Assembly (NCBI GenBank): GCA_905178155.1 | Contig: CAJINV010000009.1 | Location: forward strand, 1,791,817-1,855,816 | From: Amoebophrya sp. A120 | Lineage: Eukaryota > Protista > Dinoflagellata | Direction of reading: 5' to 3' | Length of the DNA stretch: 64,000 nucleotides | Shown here: one piece after another, positions 12,119 through 25,298 of the stretch | Layout of the letters: each line of letters opens with the position of its first letter | How positions within the stretch are numbered: position 1 is the first letter of the stretch | Translations under genes and position numbers: made by a program | The notes under the pieces: generated by a model | Database searches by the model: none | What the model was told of the DNA's origin: nothing | Seen by the model: the letters and a program-made list of their open reading frames with translations, nothing else

Positions 12119-15100
12119 CTACTTTTTCTTCTTCCCACCGCCGGCCTTGGCCTTTTTGTCCTTTGGACCCTTCGGACCGGCAGCTTGTGCCCTCAGGGCG
12201 GCCTCTATCCACAGAAAAAAAACCCATCCCCATCCATTTTTTGCATGACAGACACGGGATTTGATGTATGTTTTGCATGAAAAATTGGATGTCGTGGATG
12301 GGTGTTTTTCCGGGATAGCCTCCTCCGCGGCTTTCTGGCGTTCCAGCTCCAGCCGCTCCTGTATGAGAGTGCACAACTCCCCCTCACCCTCATTTGTATA
12401 GCATGAACGGCAATCATCATCATCATGTAGTGGACACCCGCACCCAGCGCCACAGGTCAAGGATCCCCTCCCCGGGGGGTAGGCGAGCGGCAATACAAGC
12501 ATCAGCAAGAGTGCCGGTTTTGCATGACAGATTTGCAGTGGAGGGTGGTGCTATTTGGGCTACCAGAACTTGTCATGCAAACAGTCGAAGAGGCAAAGGG
12601 AAGGGTGGATTGGGTTTGGGTATTTTGCATGACAAATGAGGGGGAGGGGGAGTTGTGCATTGTCATATCCTGCTCCAGCTTGTCCTGTTCCAACGCCGCC
12701 GCCTCCAGCTCCTCCTCAATTTGTCTCTGCTTGGCCTCCCGCTGCAGCCGGCGCTCCTCCAGCCGGCGCAGCTTCTCCTGCTTGCGCTCCTCCTCCTCCC
12801 GCCGGAGCTGCTCTTCCTTGATCGCCTGCAATTTGATGGACTCCGTGATGTCCGGCGCGTTCAGGATCATGTCGTCCGGGTCCAGTTCCACCGGGCGCAG
12901 CTCCGCCAGCTGCTCGCTGGACATGGTGGTCAGCTTGTTCTGCGAGGCGATGGTCTGGTTCGAGGACTCCCCGCCCCGGCCGTACAAGACGCCGATCTCC
13001 CGCTCCAGTTTGTGGAAAATCTGGGAGTACTTTTGGTCCTGCTGCCAGTCGTCGACGCTCAGCTGCATGTCCCCGATGCGGCGCCCGAACTCGCTGGTAC
13101 CCAGACTGTTGTTGTAAAACACGTTCCGGAGAGTATCCTCAGCAAAAACGTCCCCACCCCATAGTCAAGTTGGGAATCTGGCAACACAAATCTCCAAGTT
13201 TTGGAAGCTGTGCATGACAAGTCTCCCTGTGCAGTGTAGGGCTGGCTGGCAAGGAAAGCCGCATGAGAAAGCCATTTTCCCATCGTTTTTACAGCATTAC
13301 AAATTCCAAAACACGATTGGAAATTCCTCTCATGGAACTGCGCATTGCAAATGTTCCTGTCATTGCACATGTGCATGACAACTCTGTCGTGGGCACATTT
13401 TTACTCAGAATAGAGCGCGCTCAGCTCGAACAGCTGGTCGGCCACGTCCTCGTCTCCGTCGTCGTAGTTGATGCGCTATCCTGTGCAAAAGTATCGCACT
13501 CGTACGAATTGCAGTTATGCATGACAAATTTCCTTTCCAAGGTAAAACAGCATGACAAATTCAATTTTTCATGCTGAGAAAATTTGTAATGAAATTTATA
13601 CTAGTACGATGGTTTTGCAATTCATATGTGCGCCCCCGCGGACACCAGCATGTCAAAAATCGCCTTCCGGCCCAACTTCGACGCCTCGATGATGGGGGTC
13701 TGTCGGTAGAAGTCCTCGACCTCGAGCAAGTTCACGTAGATTTTTTGCTTTTTGCGCACCGTCAAGCTCGCGTAGACACTTTTCGCGTTCTCCTGCTCCT
13801 GCAACAGAATCTCACGCTGCAAATCGTCTAGCTCTTTGCGCATCGTCGGGCTGTTGCTGTTCGTGTTAGTAACGTTCAACAACTTCAGCATTTTCGCGCT
13901 CGGACTGCTCGGGGCGGCTGCCGCAACACCAGCGTCATCTTCGTCGTCAACGTTTTCTGTTGTGAGTTGCTGGTTCAGGACATCCGTTCCTCCCGTGTTC
14001 TTCAGGGCCTGCGCCACCACGTCCGCCTTGAAGCGTGTCCCTTTCGGCCAGTCGGACTTGGCATCGAGCAGCAGCTCGTCCAGTGTGGGGATGGGCGGCG
14101 GGGCGAGCTCTTTGCGAATGCGGACGTTGTAGTCCTGCCGCCGCTGCCACATCCCCTCGCACTCGACGAGCAAGTCCCTGTACTCCTGCAGTTCCTCATC
14201 CAGCTCCTTTCGCCAGTCTTCCGCTTCGAACTCGGGCGGGAAAACCTTCATCTCGTCAACTTCAATCTTCATCAGCTGGGCCTTGGACGGAGAAAGAGCA
14301 CTTGCTGGTGATGGTGCAGCGTTCTTCTCACTCTGCGTCTGCCCAATCTGCTCGTTATTATTTCCGCCATTTTTGTCCACTATCTCGACATTCTTCCGTC
14401 CAGTGCTAAGTGGGGTGTTGGCAAATTGGACGGCAGCATGCGTGCCCTCGGTGTTCATCGGATCACTTTCCAGTAATTGCGGTAGGGCGACGTCGACATT
14501 GCCTCCTGCATTTTTCCTTTTCGGGTCATTGTAATCAGCTTCCGTAATTTCTATTTCATTCTTTCTTGCTTCATCAATTTCGCCATCTTCACGCTCTACT
14601 TCCCTCGTCTGTGGTCCGCCCAAGGTTTCTTCGTCGCCACTGACTGCAGCCGTGCGGATTATTTCGCTTGCTCGACCGTCTTGATGCCGATCTACGTCAG
14701 GCGCACCCGCGGGAATAATGCGGCCATGTTTAGTATTAGTCCCCTCTCCACCAGCAGCATCTTCTTCATCAGGCTCTAGCGTTTTCTCCGATTCGAGACT
14801 ATGTGGATGCAGAGCTTGGCCTTGTTGCTGATGATGAGTATGATCCCTAGCAGCTACAACAACCGTCGCCGCATGCTGTGGGGATGTCGAGCTTGACGAC
14901 GCCGAGGCTCCGCGATTAGAATTTGCCGTTCTGTTACTGGTTTCTTGTTCACCTCCCAACAAGATTTGCGACATGAAGGGATAGTCTTGCGCGTTGGCCG
15001 CCGCCCATTTTTTCTTGTACCGCTCGACGGCGCCCAAAACCAGTGGCTTGTAGGCGGTTTCTTCCTCGATTACGTAGTCCTTTACCATCGAATCCAGAAA

Positions 15101-15571
15101 CTTGAGCAGTTGCTTTTCAGATTCTTTCGTGGAATCGTTCTCCAGCTGGTCGTCTTCCCGGAAAAACCCGCCGGCCACCATCGAGTCGATGCCGAACTTC
15201 CCGCGCTTCCCGGCCTTCATCGGGTCGAGGTAGTGCTGCGCGTTCAGTTCCAGAATTTTGGAGCTGAGCACCTTCATGTTGTACCGAATGGCGTAGTGGA
15301 GCAGCGTGCGGCCGAACTTGTCCTGGAGGTGAAGTTCCTTCTCGTACAGTTTCGAGTAGAAATCGGAGGAATAGGGCCCGGCGCGGAGGTTGTCCGTCGT
15401 CATCAGCATCTCCATCAACTCCTCCTCGCTCATGCCCTTTCTCAACGCGTAGATCATGCGGGAACCGAACTCCTGGAAGTCGATGTCCTGCGTGTGCAGC
15501 GAGTGGAACCGGGGTACCCGTCCATCCAGCACGGCCCCCGAGGGAATCAGCGTTTCCGTCACGAAAGGCAT
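12119..15571 (-). CDS. Ankyrin-repeat and coiled-coil protein with Lys-rich C-terminus; five exons separated by four TIR/TSD introners
   Basis: Ankyrin motifs QDKFGRTLLHYAIRYN and QTPIIEASKLGRKAIFDMLVSAGA(H/R)IN. Removing the four elements gives one continuous frame: ...AGA(H/R)INYDDGDEDVADQLFELSALRNVFYNN...KLEQERLELERQKAAEEAALRAQ...GGGKKKK*. Confidence 0.85.
12206..12317 (-). mobile_element. TAT-family introner, 112 bp, perfect TSD GAGGC
   Basis: GCCTC at 12201-12205 and 12318-12322. Termini TATCC...GGATA with ~35-nt imperfect IR and two TCATGCAAAA motifs. In-frame join EEA|ALRAQ. Confidence 0.9.
12362..12667 (-). mobile_element. TAT-family introner, 306 bp, perfect TSD CAGGA, 36-bp TIR
   Basis: TCCTG at 12357-12361 and 12668-12672. 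TIRs TATGACAATGCACAACTCCCCCTCCCCCTCATTTGT vs TATGAGAGTGCACAACTCCCCCTCACCCTCATTTGT. In-frame join LEQ|ERLE. Confidence 0.92.
13134..13412 (-). mobile_element. TAT-family introner, 279 bp, TSD CGCTC/CTCTC, 24-bp TIR
   Basis: TIRs TATTCTGAGTAAAAATGTGCCCAC vs TATCCTCAGCAAAAACGTCCCCAC, with two TGTCATGCA motifs. Removing 5 flanking bases restores frame (SAL|RNVFYNN); removing the 3-base CTC repeat does not. Confidence 0.88.
13477..13626 (-). mobile_element. TAT-family introner, 150 bp, TSD GCACA/GCGCA
   Basis: Termini TATGA...GGATA with two TTTGTCATGC motifs. The 3' end GCGATACTTTTGCACAGGATA is identical to that of the element at 33221. The join completes the ankyrin GA(H/R)IN motif. Confidence 0.85.
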
Positions 15572-16465
15572 TGTGGTCGTCGTGCTCCGGAAGGAGCCCC
15601 CGTGCTAGCGTTTACAGCTGTTTACCACCGACTGAAGACATGCATCAGAAGAAAAGATGATCATGAAACAAGGGCAAACCGGTATGATAGTATAGATGAA
15701 AGCGAGGTTGTTGTTTTGGTTGAAAAAAAATCCCTTATAGTTTTACCATTCATCAGCTAAGATGGAAAGGCGGATATCAGCGTTGGTATTTGCATGATCA
15801 CAACAAAGGATGCGACTTACAGAGCAGGACATCAAGGTAACAATACTTGCGCAGGTTGCAGCGCCAGAACCAGAAGAGTCAGGTGGTTATTCATTACTTT
15901 ATCAGGGAATAAAGGAGAAGCAGGACCTGGACCGAGAGGACTCAATGAAACATACCAACTGCTCCCACGGGGCGGACGATATAATGTTTCGAAAGCGATG
16001 AAAATGGCGAGACGAGTTGTGTGTAAAAACCACGATGCGATACGACGCCCGCCCAGCCCAGCATGCCATAGCGAGCCATGAATTGCGCGACAGGGAAAGA
16101 TCCGAATCACGAACAAAAGTATTATACAGGCACTGGTGGTACTTTTTCATCTAGCGTAGCGCTTCCCCTCTGGTGCTTTTTCTTTGAAGCGGCAGAATTA
16201 TGGGATCACAGCAGACAACCGGTGACCGGTGACCGAGACCGGACCGAGATCGAGAGAGTGTTTGTACCTATGACCAGAGGTCGCGCAGACTCTACGAACA
16301 GAATTTTTACGCGCGGCAGAAGCTGCCTTTGCCCAACTGCTTCAGCAGTTGACCAGTCTACACCGTCACACGCGCAGCTTCAATCAGAAGCCTACACGTG
16401 ACACGTTGTCAGCATGCCTGAAGATGACGAGCTCGAGCCGAGTTGTGCCTGCATAGTCAACAATT

Positions 16466-16804
16466 TCACGCTTCGCCTTCGAGTTTTGGAAGGTAATTGA
16501 TTGTGAGAACGATGGCGCCGCTGCTCATCAGCATGCAGAATGAGGTCCATTGGTTGCTCGAGCTGGCTGCCACAAAGACCGGCCAGCCGCGAGGGGCGGC
16601 CCGGGCCTCCCTTGAGTCAAACGTAGAGATGAGCATCACGCCCGCGAAGAGCAACAACATGCAACCCAGGACGCATATGTACGGCGCCCGGCCCATCCGA
16701 ATATGTTGCCGGATCAGGCTGCGGATGGTTTGGCGAATCGCCGCTACCACTTCCTTCACCTTCCCCATCACCGTCCTCGTTCCTCCCCTGGATGCAGGCG
16801 GCAT
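16466..16804 (-). CDS. Small membrane protein with two hydrophobic segments, unknown function
   Basis: 112-aa ORF with GC3-rich codons and hydrophobic stretches YICVLGCMLLLFAGVMLIS and WTSFCMLMSSGAIVLTINYL. Confidence 0.45.
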   Translation of the reverse strand: MPPASRGGTRTVMGKVKEVVAAIRQTIRSLIRQHIRMGRAPYICVLGCMLLLFAGVMLISTFDSREARAAPRGWPVFVAASSSNQWTSFCMLMSSGAIVLTINYLPKLEGEA

Positions 16805-17720
16805 GCTGTGGCCGTCTGCTTACAGTTCCAAAAATTGAACTCAAGATGACTAGGCTGTTCCGGTCCCCCGAGGACGGTCTTGTGCGCACTTTTTAAGGAA
16901 ATAGGACGACCGCTGCACCAGACTACACGGGAATCCACAGATCATGTAGGGGTTTATTGCATTTCCATTTACCTCCTTAACGACAAACACGCCGCAACTA
17001 AGCGACAAGGGTCGCAATTTATTTCTTTTCTGAGTTGTTGTTGTACTATCTAAGTTAGACTGATAAACGGAAGATAGAAGAGATGAGATGCATTCTTATT
17101 CTTTCTCTTCAAACGCCACACTTCATCGCGCGTGGCCGCGACGACGACCACCGCTGGCCACGATCGTGCTTATTCAACGGGATATGTTGTTGACAAGCAG
17201 GTCGCAATGCGTACTTATACGGAACTCGTGTTGGTGAAAATGAAGATCCTAGTACGCTTTTTTTTCTATTTGGTCGTTCCCTCTCGACGCCGGAACAAGT
17301 AGCCGCAGATGACAATACCGCATCCGTACTATACCGTATCGACTCTCACTGCCTCGAATAAGCAATAACTTGATATGGAGGCATGCCGCACGAAGAAAAG
17401 CGGTCTCTGAAGAGGATCGTCGTTTGCGAATGCGAGAACACAGGAAATAGTGCGACTATGAGTTGTACAAAAAGTAAGATGACGTTTCCTCGCTAGTGGC
17501 GGGATCATACTGAGTGTGTGTCGCAGTCGCTGATAGTACACTTTATCATCGCTCTATCATCTTCATGTCGTCGTTGTCGCTGATGCTCAGTATGCTATCA
17601 TCCAAGTTCATCGTTCCAAAAATACAGAAGATTGGAGGAACGAACTGTGGAACAACTGAAACTGTTGAAACTGTCATCCTACAATTTCATTATTCTCACT
17701 TTGAAAGCGTTAAGGTTTGC

Positions 17721-20473
17721 TTACAACTGCGCCCCGTATTGTGAATCCAAAAGAGCCAGCCAGCGGTGGTTTTTCCCGAGCGAAACTCGCCAGCAATTCC
17801 GGATCTTTTCGTGCAGAACTGCTTTCAATCGGTGGTCGTTTCGGTTTTTTACTAATGCTTCGCGATTTCGGTCCCCAAGCTCAGCGTCGTCCCCCTCGCG
17901 ATCCCAAACTTCCTCGAGATATTCCTCCAATACGACTCCGACGTAGGGATGGCAAGAAGAGTAGAAGGCCGCGCGGGAAAGTGGACTTTTTGTTGATCTT
18001 CCTACTGTCTCTGTCGTGCCGTCAAGAGAATGGTCCTGGGCGGTATCGCCACGCGCATCACAACTCTTTCCTGAAAAGAAGTTTTCAACGTTATCGGCAT
18101 ACAATTGGAATTCGCGGTCGCGCCGTTTCCCGAGCGCGCCTAGTGCTTGAATCCGGAGTTGCACCATTCTGTGCACCAGGTAGTGATGTTTTGGCAGCCG
18201 AATCGTGTCGAGATCGGAATCCCGAAGAAAGTCCTGCAGCACACGTAGGGTCAGGCCGTTCCCGCCGCGATTAATCGCGTCGTCGAACGCCCGGCAAACT
18301 TTTTCGCAGTAATGTTCCTCCTTGGAGAACGGTACTGCCCACGAGGGGGCGTTTTTTTCTGAATAGCCTTTGGTTTTTTCCATTAGCACGTGCAAGAACC
18401 GGAGCGATCCTTGAACGCCGATTATCATCAAGAAAAAAACGAGCATGCCGTTGTGGCTGGAATGACTATATATAACAGTTCGAATAGTGCGTGTGCGCTG
18501 CATCAACAGCAAGTGCGAGTGCGAGCTCATCTTCTTACTTACATAACAAAATGAAAATCTGCATTGCTGCAGATATCATATTAGCTTTTGCTTTCGTATT
18601 CCTCCATCTGCATCTTCTTGTTGACCTGGAGTTTCACTTTTTGTTACTTTTACATAAAAGGCACTGGCACACTAGTTCTTTTCTCTTTGATATGAACGGG
18701 GCCGGCCAGATACTGGTGAACTTCGGCGGGCCAAAACCACTCCGCTGTGCTTTCTGAAATTTCGCTTATTTTTGTGCTCAACAAAGACACGGCTGTGCGG
18801 GTGTGGTCTCCAGACAGGATCGATGGCGATGGTTCACGTGTGACTCCGCCGCTCGGATTCAAGAAACCTACCACCGTGTCTGGTCCATCCCTACATTTAT
18901 TCCCTCCATCCACAACTACAGGCCTCATATCGTCCAATGTCGCTCTGCAGCGCACGCAGTCACACCAAAATTCCTTGCTTTGGAAGAGCAACATGCGTCG
19001 CATTAGCGTTGGTAAATATAAGTCCTCCGCACTCAGGTAGGACACGGTAAGCTCCTCGCCTTTTTTCATATCACGAAGCACACGAACCACTCTGGCAGGC
19101 CCACCGAAGTGATTTTCCTTGCAGCTCGCGATCGGGTAATTTTCACAATGAGGCTCAGTTTCTTCATCTGCTTCATTATCCTCGGCTTGCGTCGGCGTCC
19201 GCGGTGTGGCAAGATGAAACCTCGAAGAATCTTGATCTTCTGAGTTAATATTCAATCCCTGCTCCTCGAAAGAAGCTTCCACGGCCGATGAAAGTCCTTC
19301 TTTGGAAGCAGCATTCGACGGTGACAACAAAGTAGCTTCGACGTTGAGTCGAGAGTGCTCGCCGCCGGAACAGATCGTAGAGGACCCAGAGGTGTTCAGG
19401 GAATCTCGATGTTGTTCGTCCAAGACAGCGCTCCCTCCATTTTTGTAACGACCCATAGACGTGGTTCTCGCCCAGGTGGACTCTTCGGGGGAAAATACAG
19501 GCACTGGATGAAGATCAGATGGACAACCATTTTGATTTTTTTGGCAATCAGAATCTTCATCACCACGGCCAGAATGAGCAGCTGCACCACGAGCTTCCTC
19601 TAAAAATTCATCCTGCGCGAAAACTTCGCAGTCGCGATACTCCCGGACGTCCAGCCAATGGCACGTCGGCTGGCACGAATGCGAAAACATTGCCGCATTG
19701 GGATACAGCGAGCACGTCTTCTCGAGTGCTGGCAGACCTTCTAGCGTGGTCGACGTCCGCGATCCACCCGGGCTGTCCTGGTCGCACCCGCTTTTTTGGC
19801 GCACTTCCTCCAGAAGTCCCTCTTCAAGAAGTTTATCCTCGCCAAGGCCGATATCCTCGACGGCATTAAATTTCAGAATGCGGCAAAACTTGCGATACGT
19901 GTCCTGTAGGAGAACAACATCATTTTCATTGCTCGCCGGGCCATCTTTGTTTACTATTTGTTCCTCGGCGCATCTGCTACTGCTGTGCGTACAGAGCATC
20001 AAATCCGCTGCGGAAATGCTTGGCGGCGTGAAGGTGCAGCTCGTTCCGCCAGGTCCATGGAAGAAGTGGTCAAGGAATAACTTCTGGGTGTCTTCGGAAA
20101 GTGTGCTGCGAAATTTCTTCCAGGCGCTCACAAGTTGTCCTTTTGGGTAGGAGAAAAGTGCGGGCTCCGCTACTGGAAATGCTCCTGTTCTTCTTACATC
20201 TTTGGTCGCGATAGAAGAACGTCGGTGAAAACCTTTCGCTCGACCCTCATCCGCAGCTCTTGTAGTTGTTTCTTCATTGATGTGCTCACTACAAAACGAT
20301 GGCGCCGCCTGCCGCGAAGTGCCGGATAATCGCAAAACAGTTCCCTGATCCAGGTCTCGCTTCGCAACAAGGATCCGGCCAGAGGTGGGCGTTTCCCGTA
20401 GTTCCACATCGGGACTGGCGGAACAAGGTGCCCACGACGAATCGCCGTCCGTGTTCCTAGGGTCATCCATCAT
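17721..20473 (-). CDS. SMYD-like SET-domain lysine methyltransferase (split SET and post-SET); at least two exons
   Basis: Motifs VELRETPTSGRILVAKRDLDQGTVL, ILKFNA, LYPNAAMFSHSCQPTC, VRVLRDMKKGEELTVSYL and post-SET FWCDCVRC. Joins in frame to ORF 17721-18530 at the CGTTCA repeat (GPV|QGSLRF). A possible further GT-AG intron starts near 17724. Confidence 0.85.
18418..18692 (-). mobile_element. Probable degenerate TAT-family introner with displaced direct repeat CGTTCA
   Basis: TGAACG at 18412-18417 and 18693-18698. IR TATCAAAGAGAAAA vs TATCATCAAGAAAAAA (starting at 18423). The join is in frame. Confidence 0.6.
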
Positions 20474-23400
20474 TCTATGCTTCCTTGCGAATGGGGAAAC
20501 GGATCATGTATCTTTTCCTGTTGACATACATGCAGCACATGGCCCGCTCTACCTTTAGTATGTCGCAACAAGCGTAACCAAACCACTTGTCTGTCTGTAT
20601 CTTTCACGCTGTTACTGTTTTTATTGATATTGTCTGTCTGTTAAATTCATTGATTAATATGACTTTTTATCTGTCTAGTTCTAGTAGCCTTATTTTCATG
20701 ACTTGCAGCTTCTTTGCAATGCGATTGTTTAAATGGTTATGGATGGTGGTAATCTGGCAATTATTCATCATAGACACTATCACTATTCCTCATTTCAGTG
20801 ATGATCATGTGTTTTAGCCATTTTGATCACATATGGAACCGAGCACAATTTCATTTCATTCGGCTTCTTATCACGAGAGCAAGTCTTTGAATGATCATCA
20901 TACTCATGATATGATATTCGGAAATCCAACATTTTCGGCTACAACAGCTGAGGCAAGCGAATGGCACGGCGTTCTTACGTGTTGACCTCTGTCATGGTCG
21001 TGCTCGTACGCAGGAGCACAACGACAAGAGCGTGATCCACTTTCATCGTACGAAGAAACTCTACTCGTACGAAGGAACTCCACGCAAAATACAATGTGGA
21101 GCAAGCTTCTTTGGCTTCTATCTTTAGATGCCTAGGCGAGCCAGAAACTGCCATCGATCAGCCTAAATTTCCTGGAGGTAAAATGTCTGCACTGGATTGC
21201 ATTGAGAGCCAGGCATCTCAGATATCGCAACACCACCCATTTTAGCAGTGAAGGGACATCCGATTGCGGTCCATCGCGTGCTACCACCCTCACACACAAT
21301 GTTCAGGAGATCCCTACCTAGGCGCTGGAGAGGATCCTCAACCACCCGACATACCTGACTCAAAAACCCGCCGCCTCTGGGTTCTGTGTCAGTCGAACAG
21401 GAAAAAGAGGCCCCAAGCCATGCCCAGTAGCGAGCTTCTTTGCGGGCGCAGCAAAGCTTGCCAGAACGAACGGCGCCACCGAGCTCAGTGATCAACGCGG
21501 AGTTTTCCACACTTCGCTGCGGTCAACCTTTGGTGGGACATTTGTTGTTCTTTTATTGAGCCTTGTAGTCTACTGTCCTCTTTTCTCTTAGTCGCGCTGG
21601 CTCTTTCTTTTCATATTTTTTTTTTTCTGCACGCTGTACTATCCGGGCTTCTTTTCTTTTTGTGAGCAGGGGGCCCTCATCTTTCTTTTTTTTCTTTTTG
21701 TTCTCGCGTCGCCCATGCTCTTTTTTTTTTTTTGCGACTGATATTTGTTGGCCACTGCCCTTACACTCTTAGTGTCCTTGTGGCAGCTTGCTGGACTCCG
21801 AACTCTCGTCTACTAGTCTGTTTTTCGAAGGAATTACATTAAGAAGTTTTTTTAAAGATCCAGAAAAATGCCTTCTTCCTTAGCCAAGAGCTAAGTAGCT
21901 TGCTCTTTGCTTTCTTCTAGTGAAAGATCCAGAAAAATGGATCAGTAGCTCGCGTTTACTTGACAAAAGGCGCACAAAAACCATTTCCGGATCTTGTGCT
22001 GTAGTGGCCTTGAACGATGCTGAAGGAGCTAGAACATCAAAAGTACGAACGAGTGCGAGGCCTAAAAAAGGGAGGAAACATTGGAACCCGAGAAGCTCTC
22101 CACGCAAAATACAAAAAATCCACAAAAAGTGCGCGCGCCACAATCTTCGAGCTCCCAGTGAGTTGCCTGTGTAGCGGCTAGAGTGCTCCTAGGTGAAGGT
22201 TTAGTCATTGTTTTTTTTTGTTTTCAGAAAGCAAAAGCGAAGTGAAAAGTTTATGTTTGCATTTGTGCTGGTTGAGGTTCCATGCATGTTCATTTCACGG
22301 GTGATGTTGTCCCCTCCTCATGGACAGTTGGACGCGATGAACGGATATGAGACCACCATGATCATGAAAGTGAAATAATAGTACCAAAACCATCTTCTGA
22401 TGTGGATTTATTTATAGTTTTTTCTTTTCGTTTTTATCTTCTTCTTCAACATAGATCTACATCTTGCTCTTTTACTTATTCTAGCAGTTGCGCTTGCGGT
22501 GTACCTAAATCTATTCGAGCCACTTTATATTCTTCATCTTGTCTTTCTATTTCATCTAGTGCGCCTATTTCTAGTATTCATCGTCTTGGCCTGCACATGC
22601 ACTACTTGCTAAAGAACTAGAAACAATACACCCTTGATCACCTTGCTTTCAATCTGGTATAGCTGTAAGAGGGCGGCGCTCCAGCCCTGTTCACAGCAAA
22701 AGGTGAGTACAACATCCATATCGAAAGGGTAAATCTAAGTGACGATGTTCCTTCCAAAAGAACAAAAAGAGATAAAGAAGAAAATGTTTCTTTGGTAGCG
22801 GGCAAATTTTCTATGGCAGCGAGAATTCAGTTGGGCGGTTCATCTGATTTCTATCACGATAAGGCTAATAAGAGCATTAAAATCTATCTTCTGTGTGATC
22901 GATATTTTTCTTTTTAACTGTCGACGATGACAAGTAGCGCTGCTTTCAACTTCCGCTAGCAATCCAGCAACTTCGCTTCTAAACCGCCCTATCTAGTATC
23001 TACAACTACAGATGTACCTACTCACCGCGAATAAGTAGTTGTCATGGTGACGAGTGCGAAGCCTCCTCTTCAAGGATTCACAACACTAGTAGAAAAAATA
23101 ATTATGAAGTTGATCCCATCGCTTTTTTGTGGGCGATTCTGGGCAGCTTCAGCCACTTGCGCGGTGACAAGCACCACATTGATTTGTCGGCACGCTCGAG
23201 CCTTAATACGAGTACGATCATCGTGCCAGTCGAGACCTGATTAAAATAAAGAATGCTACAAGCCAGAACTTCTTCCAAATGAAGACTTTGGTCCGTTTCT
23301 TGCTGCATAGCATCGAGTTTGTTTTTGTACTCGTATTTAGACAATATAAATGACATTATCTATAGGGCTGCGCTGGTACTCATGGATTTGCATCTGCTTA

Positions 23401-23962
23401 TCCTCATCCATCGGTGCAGCTAAAATTAAAAATCTCATTAACAAAAAATAGCGGTTGTGCTGCAGCTGCTTCATCTGCCTGAGAAGACTAATCCCTGCAC
23501 GGCCGAGCGGTTCTATCGAATAAACGAAATTTTTTCTGGCGAATTGGAATTTTAACAAAGAAACAGTCAAGCACGAATCACAAAGTTCGCGCCTGTGCGT
23601 GCATATGTTTATGTATTCTTTGCGGTAATCCGCGGATTTTTCACATTTGCTGAAATTCCCATAGAATGTTGTCCGCGCAGCTTCATCTTCTAGTCTTTTC
23701 ATTACAAGAAGGCGTGTTAATATTGGAATGCATGTGTAATCTATGTTTTATCTTTACACGAAGAGGACGAAGGATATTTTGACACTCAAAGAGCGTCAAC
23801 ATTGAAGAAAATTCTTTCGATTCCGTGATGGTTTCCGTAGTGATGCAAACGAAAAAACGTTCGCTTTCGGTAGTTTCGTGTTCGTCTTGGCTTCGCCGTC
23901 ACCTACAACGGCTCAAGCTACTCAATGCCTTCTCCTCCTTCTTCCCTGCTTCCCACTGGTGC

Positions 23963-24880
23963 TCATTGGTAAGGGCCATACTGTGGATTTTCCGGAACTT
24001 GCATCGGCGCAAGCGTCATCGCATTGGGATTCTGCAGCTGTTGTCTTTCACGTGAGGTGGAGCTATCAACAAACGGCAGCTGTCCCAAATCCAACGCACC
24101 AGCCTGTTGTATTCTGTGTTGAAGTTGATGTCCAACCATCGTTTGGTATTGCAGCTGCGTCTGCTGCTGCGGCGATTGCGTCCATGCTGGCCCCTGCAGC
24201 ACATTTGGATGAAAAAGAGGCCCCTCCGGTTGCTGCACCAGAGCTCCACCTTGAAAATGTTGGTTAGTCAGCGGTAAGTGATGCGCCATTTGGAGATGAT
24301 ACGGCGATACCTGCGCCTGGTGCCAATGCAGCGGAGAACCTTCTCCACGTGTCCCAGCTCCGGGGCCTGCAGTGCGATCTTCGTGCCATCCTGCGGCGTG
24401 CGGAGGCAATGTTGGAACAAAACCAAACTGATCTGCGTCGACTGGGCCGAGAAAAGGACCGTATGTGTCCCTCAGTTGCGAGTGGTATCCGCCCGGACTT
24501 TGGGACCTGGTGCTTACGTATGACCCCCTCGCGTCGTGGTCCTTGTCCTCTTCTTGGCTATGCAGTCCACTAGCACCACCGACCACGTCCTGATGCAGGT
24601 TCGAGGGAATGCTGAAAACGGTCTTATCGTCGCCGGTGGTGTTTATTACGTGGTGGCGCAAAATCGTTTGATCTCGTCCTGCCTCTGCGTCCTCGTGGTC
24701 TCCCAGCTCATCTGTTGCCTCTCGGCGCTGGTGCAAAACCCCTTGCCTCTCAGCAGCGGCGGCTGCAGTGCGTTCTCGTCCACGTCTCAAACTTCTGCCA
24801 CGGGGGGAAGGCTGTGCTGTATCAATATGCCACGGAAAAAGCCGCCAATTTCCATCTTTATATATCCTTCCTATTGGCAA
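23963..24880 (-). CDS. Gln/His/Pro-rich low-complexity coding exon, possibly the 3' part of the CCCH gene
   Basis: 305-codon open frame on the gene-bearing strand; no recognisable domain. Confidence 0.5.
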   Translation of the reverse strand: MPIGRIYKDGNWRLFPWHIDTAQPSPRGRSLRRGRERTAAAAAERQGVLHQRREATDELGDHEDAEAGRDQTILRHHVINTTGDDKTVFSIPSNLHQDVVGGASGLHSQEEDKDHDARGSYVSTRSQSPGGYHSQLRDTYGPFLGPVDADQFGFVPTLPPHAAGWHEDRTAGPGAGTRGEGSPLHWHQAQVSPYHLQMAHHLPLTNQHFQGGALVQQPEGPLFHPNVLQGPAWTQSPQQQTQLQYQTMVGHQLQHRIQQAGALDLGQLPFVDSSTSRERQQLQNPNAMTLAPMQVPENPQYGPYQ

Positions 24881-25298
24881 AGAAACTCATGGTGCAGATC
24901 AACAGAGTCAGAAACTTAATTTATGCAACGAATAAGTAGAAGAATGATCAACTATCGTGATCGGGCACGATTGCTCTGCGTCTTCATTTTGCCTTTTATT
25001 TCTTTCGAGACAGAGGGAGAAACGGGCTGAGCCTATGATCCCGCATGAGCTACAGCATGTACTACGATCACAACCAACAGGAAGAAACAATGAGGAAGGG
25101 GAGTGAATGTTCACAGAATGATAGACCGGGTTGTCAGCGTCCGTTTGATACCCTCCCTCGTCGTCGAATTCATCTTCGCGGTCTCCCAGCCCCTGGACAA
25201 TCGAGGCTGTGAAGAAGGTAATTCATCCAGTTACAGTAGTTTTGTTTGGCGAATGGTCATGCCTCTAGCTCTACTGGTACTACCGCAAAAACTTATAC

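Noticed and set aside
14979-14988. AAGAC-TATCC at the start of a lower-GC stretch in the ankyrin exon as another element end
   Set aside because: No matching ATA-AAGAC end or family motif was found, and the frame is open throughout.
20815-20825. TAGCCATTTTG, part of the dinoflagellate spliced leader
   Set aside because: Only 11 nt, on the strand opposite to the genes and not upstream of an ORF; compatible with chance.
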